Assembly (NCBI RefSeq): GCF_009914755.1
Contig: NC_060948.1
From: the human T2T-CHM13v2.0 reference genome, Homo sapiens
Strand: one strand, 5' to 3'
Length of the DNA stretch: 64,000 bases
Shown: piece after piece, positions 13,101 through 28,100 of the stretch
Layout: each line of letters opens with the position of its first letter
Position numbering within the stretch: position 1 is the stretch's first letter
Translations under genes and position numbers: made by a program
The notes under the pieces: model-generated
What the model was told of the DNA's origin: nothing
Seen by the model: the letters and a program-made list of their open reading frames with translations, nothing else
Databases searched by the model: none

Positions 13101-16100
13101 CAATGGAATGTTATGGAATGGAATGGAATGTATTGGAATGGAATGTCCTCTAATGGAATGGATTCGAGTGGAATGGAATCGAATATAATGGAGTCGAATG
13201 AAATGGAATTGAAAGGAATGGGATCGAATAGAATGGAATATACTGGAATGTAATGTAATGAAGTCGAATGTAATTGACTGGAATGGAATGTACATGAATG
13301 GAATGTAATCGAATGGAAAGTAATCCAATGAAATAGAATCTAATGCAATAAAACCGACTCAAATGGAATAGAATGTAATGGAATGGAGTGCAGTGCAATG
13401 GAATGGAATGGAATGGAATGCAATGGAGTGGAATGGAATGGAATGGGATGGAATGGTATGGAATGGATAGTAAAGGACTGGAGTGAAATGGACTGTAAAG
13501 GAATGGACTCCAATTGAAAGGGCTCGAAAGGAATGGAGTCAAATGGAATGGTCTGGAATGGAATGAACTCGAATGTAATGCAATCCAATAGAATGGAATC
13601 GAATGGAATGGAATATAAAGAAATGGAATCGACGAGAATGGAAACAGATGGAATGGAATTGAAAGGAATGGAATTGAATGGAATGGGCACGAATGGAATG
13701 AAATTGTATGGAATAGAAGAGAATAGAATGGAATGCAATGGATAAGAAAGGAATGGATTGGAATGGAAGGGAATGTAGTGTAATGGACTGGCATGGAATA
13801 AACTGGAATGCTACGGTCTCAAATGGAATAAAAATGTATGGAATGGAATGCCATGAAACGGAATCGAATGTCATAGAATGTAATGGAATGCAAAGAAATG
13901 GACTCCAAAATCATTGACTGGAAAGGCTGGGTGTCGAAAGGAATTGACTCCAATGGAATGGAATCGAATGGAATGGAAGTGAATAGAATCGAACTAAATC
14001 GAATGGAATGGAATTGATAGGAACGGAATGGAAAGGAATGGAATGATTTGGCATGGAATGGAATCGAATGGACTCGAATGGAATGGAATGGAATGCAATG
14101 GAATGGAATGTATTAGAATGTAGTGAACTTTAATGGAATGAACTCGAATGGATTCGACTGGAATGGAATGTTCTGGAAGTGAATGGACTGCAATGGAATG
14201 GATTCAAAAGGAATGGAATCGAAGGGAATGGAATCTAATGGAATGGAATTAAATGGAAAGGAATCAAATCGAATAGCAGGGAATTGAACTGAATGGAATC
14301 GAATGCAATGGAATCTAATGAAACGGAAAGGAAAGGAATGGAATGGCATGGAATGGGCTGGAATGGAATGGAATCGAAACGAATGGAATGGAATCGAACT
14401 GAAGAGACTGGAATGAAATGCACTGGCATGGAAGGGATTTTAATGGAACGTTCTTGAAAAGACTGGAATCGAATGGAATGGAATTGAATGGAACGGATAT
14501 AGAGTCAAATGGAATTGAATGGAATGGAATGGAGTAGAGTGAAATGGAATCGAGTCACTAGGAATGGACAGGAATAGAACGGTCTCGAATTGAATGGAAT
14601 CGTATGGAATGGAATTCAACGGAATGGAATGGACAGCCACGGAATGGAATGCACTCGAATGCAATGGACTCGAAACTAATGGACTGGAATCGAATGGAAT
14701 GGAATCGAACGGAATGGACTCGAAGTGAAAAGAGTGCAATGGAAAGGTCTCGAATGGAATGGAAATTAATGGAATGGAATGGAATCGAATGAAATGGAGT
14801 CAAAAGGAATGGAATCGAATGGCAAGAAATCGAATGTAATGGAATCACAAGGAATGGATGTGAACGGAACGGAATGGAATGGAATCAAAAGGAATGGAAT
14901 CGAATGGAATGGACTCGAATGGAAATGACTCGAATAGAATGGAATTCAACAAAATAGAATCAAATGTAATGGAATGGAATGGAAAGGAATCGAAACGAAA
15001 GGAATGGAGACAGATGGAATGGAATGGAACAGAGAGCAATGGTATAGAATGGAATGGAATCATATGGAATGGAATTGAATGGAATGGAATAATATGAAAT
15101 GGAATGGAAAGGAATGGAATGCACTTGAATTAAATGGACTGGAATGGAATGGACTCGAACGGAGTGGAATGGAAAGGATTGAAATAGAATGGAATGGACT
15201 CCTTTGGAATGGTCTAGTATGCAATGCAAACGACTGGCAGGGAATCAAAAGGAATGTAATCGAATGGATTGGACTGGAATACAATGGACTCGAATACATT
15301 GGAAACGGAATGCAATGGAATGGAATGGAATAGTATGGAATGGAACGGAAAGGAATGAAGTAGAATGGACTAGAGTGGAATGGAATGGACTCGAAAGCAA
15401 TGGACTGGAATGGAACGATCTTGAATGGACCGGAATCAAACGGAACGGAATGCAATGCAAGGCAATCAAATGGAATGGAATAAAAGAGAATGAAAGAGAA
15501 TCAAATGCAATTGAATCGAATGGAATCGAATGGATTGGAAAGGAATAGAATGGAATGGAATGGAATTGACTCCAATGGAATGGACTAGAACGGAATGGAG
15601 TCGAATGGAAGGCAAAGGAATGGAATCTATTGGAATGGACTGTAATGGAATGGCATGGAAGGGATTGGAATGGACTCGAATGGAAAGGACTGCAATAGAA
15701 AGGATTCTAATGGAATGAAAAAGAATTGAATGGAATAGAACAGAATGGAATCAAATCGAATGAAATGGAATGGAATAGAAAGGAATGGAATGAAATGGAA
15801 TGGAAAGGATTCAAATGGAATGCGATCAAATGGAATGCAATCGAATGGAATGGAATCGAACGGAATGGAATAAAATGGAAGGAAACTGGCAAGAAATGGA
15901 ATCGAAATGAATGGAGGGTTATGGAACGGACTCCAAAGGAATTGAATGTAATAGAATGGAGTGGAGTGGACTCGAATATAATGGACTGGAATGGAATGGA
16001 ATCACATGGAATGGGAACGAATGGAATGGAATGGAAAGGAATGGAATCGAATGGAAAGGAATCAAATGGAAGGGAATGAAATTGAATCAACAGGAATGGA

Positions 16101-19100
16101 AGGGAATAGAATAGACTGTAATGGAATGGACTCGAATAGAATGGACACGAATGCTCAAATTGGATGGACTCGAATGGAATGGAAACGAAAGGAATGTCAT
16201 CGAATGGAATTGAATCGATTGGAATGAAATGGCATAGAATGGAGTGGAATCAAATGGAATTGAATCGAAAGGAAAGGAAGCAAATGGACTGAAATGAAAT
16301 GGAATGGAATTGAATGGAAAGTAATGCAATGGAATAGAATGGAACGAAATTTCACGGAATGGAATCAAACAGAATGGAATCAAATCAATGGAATATAATC
16401 AAATGGAATGGAATGGAATGGAAAGGAATTGAATGGAATAGATTGGATAGGAAGGGATTGGAATGCAATGGAATGGAAAGGACTCGAATTTCATGAAACG
16501 GAATGGAATGAATTGGAATGGAATGGACTCGAATGGAATGGAATGTCATGGAATGGCATCAAATGGAATGGAATCAAATGGAATGGCATCGAATGCAATG
16601 GAATGTTATGGAATGGAATGGAATGTATTGGAATGGAATGTCCTCTAATGGAATGGATTCGAGTGGAATGGAATCGAATATAATGGAGTCGAATGAAATG
16701 GAATTGAAAGGAATGGGATCGAATAGAATGGAATATACTGGAATGTAATGTAATGAAGTCGAATGTAATTGACTGGAATGGAATGTACATGAATGGAATG
16801 TAATCGAATGGAAAGTAATCCAATGAAATAGAATCTAATGCAATAAAACCGACTCAAATGGAATAGAATGTAATGGAATGGAGTGCAGTGCAATGGAATG
16901 GAATGGAATGGAATGCAATGGAGTGGAATGGAATGGAATGGGATGGAATGGTATGGAATGGATAGTAAAGGACTGGAGTGAAATGGACTGTAAAGGAATG
17001 GACTCCAATTGAAAGGGCTCGAAAGGAATGGAGTCAAATGGAATGGTCTGGAATGGAATGAACTCGAATGTAATGCAATCCAATAGAATGGAATCGAATG
17101 GAATGGAATATAAAGAAATGGAATCGACGAGAATGGAAACAGATGGAATGGAATTGAAAGGAATGGAATTGAATGGAATGGGCACGAATGGAATGAAATT
17201 GTATGGAATAGAAGAGAATAGAATGGAATGCAATGGATAAGAAAGGAATGGATTGGAATGGAAGGGAATGTAGTGTAATGGACTGGCATGGAATAAACTG
17301 GAATGCTACGGTCTCAAATGGAATAAAAATGTATGGAATGGAATGCCATGAAACGGAATCGAATGTCATAGAATGTAATGGAATGCAAAGAAATGGACTC
17401 CAAAATCATTGACTGGAAAGGCTGGGTGTCGAAAGGAATTGACTCCAATGGAATGGAATCGAATGGAATGGAAGTGAATAGAATCGAACTAAATCGAATG
17501 GAATGGAATTGATAGGAACGGAATGGAAAGGAATGGAATGATTTGGCATGGAATGGAATCGAATGGACTCGAATGGAATGGAATGGAATGCAATGGAATG
17601 GAATGTATTAGAATGTAGTGAACTTTAATGGAATGAACTCGAATGGATTCGACTGGAATGGAATGTTCTGGAAGTGAATGGACTGCAATGGAATGGATTC
17701 AAAAGGAATGGAATCGAAGGGAATGGAATCTAATGGAATGGAATTAAATGGAAAGGAATCAAATCGAATAGCAGGGAATTGAACTGAATGGAATCGAATG
17801 CAATGGAATCTAATGAAACGGAAAGGAAAGGAATGGAATGGCATGGAATGGGCTGGAATGGAATGGAATCGAAACGAATGGAATGGAATCGAACTGAAGA
17901 GACTGGAATGAAATGCACTGGCATGGAAGGGATTTTAATGGAACGTTCTTGAAAAGACTGGAATCGAATGGAATGGAATTGAATGGAACGGATATAGAGT
18001 CAAATGGAATTGAATGGAATGGAATGGAGTAGAGTGAAATGGAATCGAGTCACTAGGAATGGACAGGAATAGAACGGTCTCGAATTGAATGGAATCGTAT
18101 GGAATGGAATTCAACGGAATGGAATGGACAGCCACGGAATGGAATGCACTCGAATGCAATGGACTCGAAACTAATGGACTGGAATCGAATGGAATGGAAT
18201 CGAACGGAATGGACTCGAAGTGAAAAGAGTGCAATGGAAAGGTCTCGAATGGAATGGAAATTAATGGAATGGAATGGAATCGAATGAAATGGAGTCAAAA
18301 GGAATGGAATCGAATGGCAAGAAATCGAATGTAATGGAATCACAAGGAATGGATGTGAACGGAACGGAATGGAATGGAATCAAAAGGAATGGAATCGAAT
18401 GGAATGGACTCGAATGGAAATGACTCGAATAGAATGGAATTCAACAAAATAGAATCAAATGTAATGGAATGGAATGGAAAGGAATCGAAACGAAAGGAAT
18501 GGAGACAGATGGAATGGAATGGAACAGAGAGCAATGGTATAGAATGGAATGGAATCATATGGAATGGAATTGAATGGAATGGAATAATATGAAATGGAAT
18601 GGAAAGGAATGGAATGCACTTGAATTAAATGGACTGGAATGGAATGGACTCGAACGGAGTGGAATGGAAAGGATTGAAATAGAATGGAATGGACTCCTTT
18701 GGAATGGTCTAGTATGCAATGCAAACGACTGGCAGGGAATCAAAAGGAATGTAATCGAATGGATTGGACTGGAATACAATGGACTCGAATACATTGGAAA
18801 CGGAATGCAATGGAATGGAATGGAATAGTATGGAATGGAACGGAAAGGAATGAAGTAGAATGGACTAGAGTGGAATGGAATGGACTCGAAAGCAATGGAC
18901 TGGAATGGAACGATCTTGAATGGACCGGAATCAAACGGAACGGAATGCAATGCAAGGCAATCAAATGGAATGGAATAAAAGAGAATGAAAGAGAATCAAA
19001 TGCAATTGAATCGAATGGAATCGAATGGATTGGAAAGGAATAGAATGGAATGGAATGGAATTGACTCCAATGGAATGGACTAGAACGGAATGGAGTCGAA

Positions 19101-22100
19101 TGGAAGGCAAAGGAATGGAATCTATTGGAATGGACTGTAATGGAATGGCATGGAAGGGATTGGAATGGACTCGAATGGAAAGGACTGCAATAGAAAGGAT
19201 TCTAATGGAATGAAAAAGAATTGAATGGAATAGAACAGAATGGAATCAAATCGAATGAAATGGAATGGAATAGAAAGGAATGGAATGAAATGGAATGGAA
19301 AGGATTCAAATGGAATGCGATCAAATGGAATGCAATCGAATGGAATGGAATCGAACGGAATGGAATAAAATGGAAGGAAACTGGCAAGAAATGGAATCGA
19401 AATGAATGGAGGGTTATGGAACGGACTCCAAAGGAATTGAATGTAATAGAATGGAGTGGAGTGGACTCGAATATAATGGACTGGAATGGAATGGAATCAC
19501 ATGGAATGGGAACGAATGGAATGGAATGGAAAGGAATGGAATCGAATGGAAAGGAATCAAATGGAAGGGAATGAAATTGAATCAACAGGAATGGAAGGGA
19601 ATAGAATAGACTGTAATGGAATGGACTCGAATAGAATGGACACGAATGCTCAAATTGGATGGACTCGAATGGAATGGAAACGAAAGGAATGTCATCGAAT
19701 GGAATTGAATCGATTGGAATGAAATGGCATAGAATGGAGTGGAATCAAATGGAATTGAATCGAAAGGAAAGGAAGCAAATGGACTGAAATGAAATGGAAT
19801 GGAATTGAATGGAAAGTAATGCAATGGAATAGAATGGAACGAAATTTCACGGAATGGAATCAAACAGAATGGAATCAAATCAATGGAATATAATCAAATG
19901 GAATGGAATGGAATGGAAAGGAATTGAATGGAATAGATTGGATAGGAAGGGATTGGAATGCAATGGAATGGAAAGGACTCGAATTTCATGAAACGGAATG
20001 GAATGAATTGGAATGGAATGGACTCGAATGGAATGGAATGTCATGGAATGGCATCAAATGGAATGGAATCAAATGGAATGGCATCGAATGCAATGGAATG
20101 TTATGGAATGGAATGGAATGTATTGGAATGGAATGTCCTCTAATGGAATGGATTCGAGTGGAATGGAATCGAATATAATGGAGTCGAATGAAATGGAATT
20201 GAAAGGAATGGGATCGAATAGAATGGAATATACTGGAATGTAATGTAATGAAGTCGAATGTAATTGACTGGAATGGAATGTACATGAATGGAATGTAATC
20301 GAATGGAAAGTAATCCAATGAAATAGAATCTAATGCAATAAAACCGACTCAAATGGAATAGAATGTAATGGAATGGAGTGCAGTGCAATGGAATGGAATG
20401 GAATGGAATGCAATGGAGTGGAATGGAATGGAATGGGATGGAATGGTATGGAATGGATAGTAAAGGACTGGAGTGAAATGGACTGTAAAGGAATGGACTC
20501 CAATTGAAAGGGCTCGAAAGGAATGGAGTCAAATGGAATGGTCTGGAATGGAATGAACTCGAATGTAATGCAATCCAATAGAATGGAATCGAATGGAATG
20601 GAATATAAAGAAATGGAATCGACGAGAATGGAAACAGATGGAATGGAATTGAAAGGAATGGAATTGAATGGAATGGGCACGAATGGAATGAAATTGTATG
20701 GAATAGAAGAGAATAGAATGGAATGCAATGGATAAGAAAGGAATGCATTGGAATGGAAGGGAATGTAGTGTAATGGACTGGCATGGAATAAACTGGAATG
20801 CTACGGTCTCAAATGGAATAAAAATGTATGGAATGGAATGCCATGAAATGGAATCGAATGTCATAGAATGTAATGGAATGCAAATAAATGGACTCCAAAA
20901 TCATTGACTGGAAAGGCTGGGTGTCGAAAGGAACTGACTCCAATGGAATGGAATCGAATGGAATGGAAGTGAATAGAATCGAACTAAATCGAATGGAATG
21001 GAATTGATAGGAACGGAATGGAAAGGAATGGAATGATTTGGCATGGAATGGAATCGAATGGACTCGAATGGAATGGAATGGAATGCAATGGAATGGAATG
21101 TATTAGAATGTAGTGAACTTTAATGGAATGAACTCGAATGGATTCGACTGGAATGGAATGTTCTGGAAGTGAATGGACTGCAATGGAATGGATTCAAAAG
21201 GAATGGAATCGAAGGGAATGGAATCTAATGGAATGGAATTAAATGGAAAGGAATCAAATCGAATAGCAGGGAATTGAACTGAATGGAATCGAATGCAATG
21301 GAATCTAATGAAACGGAAAGGAAAGGAATGGAATGGCATGGAATGGGCTGGAATGGAATGGAATCGAAACGAATGGAATGGAATCGAACTGAAGAGACTG
21401 GAATGAAATGCACTGGCATGGAAGGGATTTTAATGGAACGTTCTTGAAAAGACTGGAATCGAATGGAATGGAATTGAATGGAACGGATATAGAGTCAAAT
21501 GGAATTGAATGGAATGGAATGGAGTAGAGTGAAATGGAATCGAGTCACTAGGAATGGACAGGAATAGAACGGTCTCGAATTGAATGGAATCGTATGGAAT
21601 GGAATTCAACGGAATGGAATGGACAGCCACGGAATGGAATGCACTCGAATGCAATGGACTCGAAACTAATGGACTGGAATCGAATGGAATGGAATCGAAC
21701 GGAATGGACTCGAAGTGAAAAGAGTGCAATGGAAAGGTCTCGAATGGAATGGAAATTAATGGAATGGAATGGAATCGAATGAAATGGAGTCAAAAGGAAT
21801 GGAATCGAATGGCAAGAAATCGAATGTAATGGAATCACAAGGAATGGATGTGAACGGAACGGAATGGAATGGAATCAAAAGGAATGGAATCGAATGGAAT
21901 GGACTCGAATGGAAATGACTCGAATAGAATGGAATTCAACAAAATAGAATCAAATGTAATGGAATGGAATGGAAAGGAATCGAAACGAAAGGAATGGAGA
22001 CAGATGGAATGGAATGGAACAGAGAGCAATGGTATAGAATGGAATGGAATCATATGGAATGGAATTGAATGGAATGGAATAATATGAAATGGAATGGAAA

Positions 22101-25100
22101 GGAATGGAATGCACTTGAATTAAATGGACTGGAATGGAATGGACTCGAACGGAGTGGAATGGAAAGGATTGAAATAGAATGGAATGGACTCCTTTGGAAT
22201 GGTCTAGTATGCAATGCAAACGACTGGCAGGGAATCAAAAGGAATGTAATCGAATGGATTGGACTGGAATACAATGGACTCGAATACATTGGAAACGGAA
22301 TGCAATGGAATGGAATGGAATAGTATGGAATGGAACGGAAAGGAATGAAGTAGAATGGACTAGAGTGGAATGGAATGGACTCGAAAGCAATGGACTGGAA
22401 TGGAACGATCTTGAATGGACCGGAATCAAACGGAACGGAATGCAATGCAAGGCAATCAAATGGAATGGAATAAAAGAGAATGAAAGAGAATCAAATGCAA
22501 TTGAATCGAATGGAATCGAATGGATTGGAAAGGAATAGAATGGAATGGAATGGAATTGACTCCAATGGAATGGACTAGAACGGAATGGAGTCGAATGGAA
22601 GGCAAAGGAATGGAATCTATTGGAATGGACTGTAATGGAATGGCATGGAAGGGATTGGAATGGACTCGAATGGAAAGGACTGCAATAGAAAGGATTCTAA
22701 TGGAATGAAAAAGAATTGAATGGAATAGAACAGAATGGAATCAAATCGAATGAAATGGAATGGAATAGAAAGGAATGGAATGAAATGGAATGGAAAGGAT
22801 TCAAATGGAATGCGATCAAATGGAATGCAATCGAATGGAATGGAATCGAACGGAATGGAATAAAATGGAAGGAAACTGGCAAGAAATGGAATCGAAATGA
22901 ATGGAGGGTTATGGAACGGACTCCAAAGGAATTGAATGTAATAGAATGGAGTGGAGTGGACTCGAATATAATGGACTGGAATGGAATGGAATCACATGGA
23001 ATGGGAACGAATGGAATGGAATGGAAAGGAATGGAATCGAATGGAAAGGAATCAAATGGAAGGGAATGAAATTGAATCAACAGGAATGGAAGGGAATAGA
23101 ATAGACTGTAATGGAATGGACTCGAATAGAATGGACACGAATGCTCAAATTGGATGGACTCGAATGGAATGGAAACGAAAGGAATGTCATCGAATGGAAT
23201 TGAATCGATTGGAATGAAATGGCATAGAATGGAGTGGAATGAAATGGAATTGAATCGAAAGGAAAGGAAGCGAATGGACTGAAATGAAATGGAATGGAAT
23301 TGAATGGAAAGTAATGCAATGGAATAGAATGGAACGAAATTTCACGGAATGGAATCAAACAGAATGGAATCAAATCAATGGAATATAATCAAATGGAATG
23401 GAATGGAATGGAAAGGAATTGAATGGAATAGATTGGATAGGAAGGGATTGGAATGCAATGGAATGGAAAGGACTCGAATTTCATGAAACGGAATGGAATG
23501 AATTGGAATGGAATGGACTCGAATGGAATGGAATGTCATGGAATGGCATCAAATGGAATGGAATCAAATGGAATGGCATCGAATGCAATGGAATGTTATG
23601 GAATGGAATGGAATGTATTGGAATGGAATGTCCTCTAATGGAATGGATTCGAGTGGAATGGAATCGAATATAATGGAGTCGAATGAAATGGAATTGAAAG
23701 GAATGGGATCGAATAGAATGGAATATACTGGAATGTAATGTAATGAAGTCGAATGTAATTGACTGGAATGGAATGTACATGAATGGAATGTAATCGAATG
23801 GAAAGTAATCCAATGAAATAGAATCTAATGCAATAAAACCGACTCAAATGGAATAGAATGTAATGGAATGGAGTGCAGTGCAATGGAATGGAATGGAATG
23901 GAATGCAATGGAGTGGAATGGAATGGAATGGGATGGAATGGTATGGAATGGATAGTAAAGGACTGGAGTGAAATGGACTGTAAAGGAATGGACTCCAATT
24001 GAAAGGGCTCGAAAGGAATGGAGTCAAATGGAATGGTCTGGAATGGAATGAACTCGAATGTAATGCAATCCAATAGAATGGAATCGAATGGAATGGAATA
24101 TAAAGAAATGGAATCGACGAGAATGGAAACAGATGGAATGGAATTGAAAGGAATGGAATTGAATGGAATGGGCACGAATGGAATGAAATTGTATGGAATA
24201 GAAGAGAATAGAATGGAATGCAATGGATAAGAAAGGAATGGATTGGAATGGAAGGGAATGTAGTGTAATGGACTGGCATGGAATAAACTGGAATGCTACG
24301 GTCTCAAATGGAATAAAAATGTATGGAATGGAATGCCATGAAACGGAATCGAATGTCATAGAATGTAATGGAATGCAAAGAAATGGACTCCAAAATCATT
24401 GACTGGAAAGGCTGGGTGTCGAAAGGAATTGACTCCAATGGAATGGAATCGAATGGAATGGAAGTGAATAGAATCGAACTAAATCGAATGGAATGGAATT
24501 GATAGGAACGGAATGGAAAGGAATGGAATGATTTGGCATGGAATGGAATCGAATGGACTCGAATGGAATGGAATGGAATGCAATGGAATGGAATGTATTA
24601 GAATGTAGTGAACTTTAATGGAATGAACTCGAATGGATTCGACTGGAATGGAATGTTCTGGAAGTGAATGGACTGCAATGGAATGGATTCAAAAGGAATG
24701 GAATCGAAGGGAATGGAATCTAATGGAATGGAATTAAATGGAAAGGAATCAAATCGAATAGCAGGGAATTGAACTGAATGGAATCGAATGCAATGGAATC
24801 TAATGAAACGGAAAGGAAAGGAATGGAATGGCATGGAATGGGCTGGAATGGAATGGAATCGAAACGAATGGAATGGAATCGAACTGAAGAGACTGGAATG
24901 AAATGCACTGGCATGGAAGGGATTTTAATGGAACGTTCTTGAAAAGACTGGAATCGAATGGAATGGAATTGAATGGAACGGATATAGAGTCAAATGGAAT
25001 TGAATGGAATGGAATGGAGTAGAGTGAAATGGAATCGAGTCACTAGGAATGGACAGGAATAGAACGGTCTCGAATTGAATGGAATCGTATGGAATGGAAT

Positions 25101-28100
25101 TCAACGGAATGGAATGGACAGCCACGGAATGGAATGCACTCGAATGCAATGGACTCGAAACTAATGGACTGGAATCGAATGGAATGGAATCGAACGGAAT
25201 GGACTCGAAGTGAAAAGAGTGCAATGGAAAGGTCTCGAATGGAATGGAAATTAATGGAATGGAATGGAATCGAATGAAATGGAGTCAAAAGGAATGGAAT
25301 CGAATGGCAAGAAATCGAATGTAATGGAATCACAAGGAATGGATGTGAACGGAACGGAATGGAATGGAATCAAAAGGAATGGAATCGAATGGAATGGACT
25401 CGAATGGAAATGACTCGAATAGAATGGAATTCAACAAAATAGAATCAAATGTAATGGAATGGAATGGAAAGGAATCGAAACGAAAGGAATGGAGACAGAT
25501 GGAATGGAATGGAACAGAGAGCAATGGTATAGAATGGAATGGAATCATATGGAATGGAATTGAATGGAATGGAATAATATGAAATGGAATGGAAAGGAAT
25601 GGAATGCACTTGAATTAAATGGACTGGAATGGAATGGACTCGAACGGAGTGGAATGGAAAGGATTGAAATAGAATGGAATGGACTCCTTTGGAATGGTCT
25701 AGTATGCAATGCAAACGACTGGCAGGGAATCAAAAGGAATGTAATCGAATGGATTGGACTGGAATACAATGGACTCGAATACATTGGAAACGGAATGCAA
25801 TGGAATGGAATGGAATAGTATGGAATGGAACGGAAAGGAATGAAGTAGAATGGACTAGAGTGGAATGGAATGGACTCGAAAGCAATGGACTGGAATGGAA
25901 CGATCTTGAATGGACCGGAATCAAACGGAACGGAATGCAATGCAAGGCAATCAAATGGAATGGAATAAAAGAGAATGAAAGAGAATCAAATGCAATTGAA
26001 TCGAATGGAATCGAATGGATTGGAAAGGAATAGAATGGAATGGAATGGAATTGACTCCAATGGAATGGACTAGAACGGAATGGAGTCGAATGGAAGGCAA
26101 AGGAATGGAATCTATTGGAATGGACTGTAATGGAATGGCATGGAAGGGATTGGAATGGACTCGAATGGAAAGGACTGCAATAGAAAGGATTCTAATGGAA
26201 TGAAAAAGAATTGAATGGAATAGAACAGAATGGAATCAAATCGAATGAAATGGAATGGAATAGAAAGGAATGGAATGAAATGGAATGGAAAGGATTCAAA
26301 TGGAATGCGATCAAATGGAATGCAATCGAATGGAATGGAATCGAACGGAATGGAATAAAATGGAAGGAAACTGGCAAGAAATGGAATCGAAATGAATGGA
26401 GGGTTATGGAACGGACTCCAAAGGAATTGAATGTAATAGAATGGAGTGGAGTGGACTCGAATATAATGGACTGGAATGGAATGGAATCACATGGAATGGG
26501 AACGAATGGAATGGAATGGAAAGGAATGGAATCGAATGGAAAGGAATCAAATGGAAGGGAATGAAATTGAATCAACAGGAATGGAAGGGAATAGAATAGA
26601 CTGTAATGGAATGGACTCGAATAGAATGGACACGAATGCTCAAATTGGATGGACTCGAATGGAATGGAAACGAAAGGAATGTCATCGAATGGAATTGAAT
26701 CGATTGGAATGAAATGGCATAGAATGGAGTGGAATCAAATGGAATTGAATCGAAAGGAAAGGAAGCAAATGGACTGAAATGAAATGGAATGGAATTGAAT
26801 GGAAAGTAATGCAATGGAATAGAATGGAACGAAATTTCACGGAATGGAATCAAACAGAATGGAATCAAATCAATGGAATATAATCAAATGGAATGGAATG
26901 GAATGGAAAGGAATTGAATGGAATAGATTGGATAGGAAGGGATTGGAATGCAATGGAATGGAAAGGACTCGAATTTCATGAAACGGAATGGAATGAATTG
27001 GAATGGAATGGACTCGAATGGAATGGAATGTCATGGAATGGCATCAAATGGAATGGAATCAAATGGAATGGCATCGAATGCAATGGAATGTTATGGAATG
27101 GAATGGAATGTATTGGAATGGAATGTCCTCTAATGGAATGGATTCGAGTGGAATGGAATCGAATATAATGGAGTCGAATGAAATGGAATTGAAAGGAATG
27201 GGATCGAATAGAATGGAATATACTGGAATGTAATGTAATGAAGTCGAATGTAATTGACTGGAATGGAATGTACATGAATGGAATGTAATCGAATGGAAAG
27301 TAATCCAATGAAATAGAATCTAATGCAATAAAACCGACTCAAATGGAATAGAATGTAATGGAATGGAGTGCAGTGCAATGGAATGGAATGGAATGGAATG
27401 CAATGGAGTGGAATGGAATGGAATGGGATGGAATGGTATGGAATGGATAGTAAAGGACTGGAGTGAAATGGACTGTAAAGGAATGGACTCCAATTGAAAG
27501 GGCTCGAAAGGAATGGAGTCAAATGGAATGGTCTGGAATGGAATGAACTCGAATGTAATGCAATCCAATAGAATGGAATCGAATGGAATGGAATATAAAG
27601 AAATGGAATCGACGAGAATGGAAACAGATGGAATGGAATTGAAAGGAATGGAATTGAATGGAATGGGCACGAATGGAATGAAATTGTATGGAATAGAAGA
27701 GAATAGAATGGAATGCAATGGATAAGAAAGGAATGGATTGGAATGGAAGGGAATGTAGTGTAATGGACTGGCATGGAATAAACTGGAATGCTACGGTCTC
27801 AAATGGAATAAAAATGTATGGAATGGAATGCCATGAAACGGAATCGAATGTCATAGAATGTAATGGAATGCAAAGAAATGGACTCCAAAATCATTGACTG
27901 GAAAGGCTGGGTGTCGAAAGGAATTGACTCCAATGGAATGGAATCGAATGGAATGGAAGTGAATAGAATCGAACTAAATCGAATGGAATGGAATTGATAG
28001 GAACGGAATGGAAAGGAATGGAATGATTTGGCATGGAATGGAATCGAATGGACTCGAATGGAATGGAATGGAATGCAATGGAATGGAATGTATTAGAATG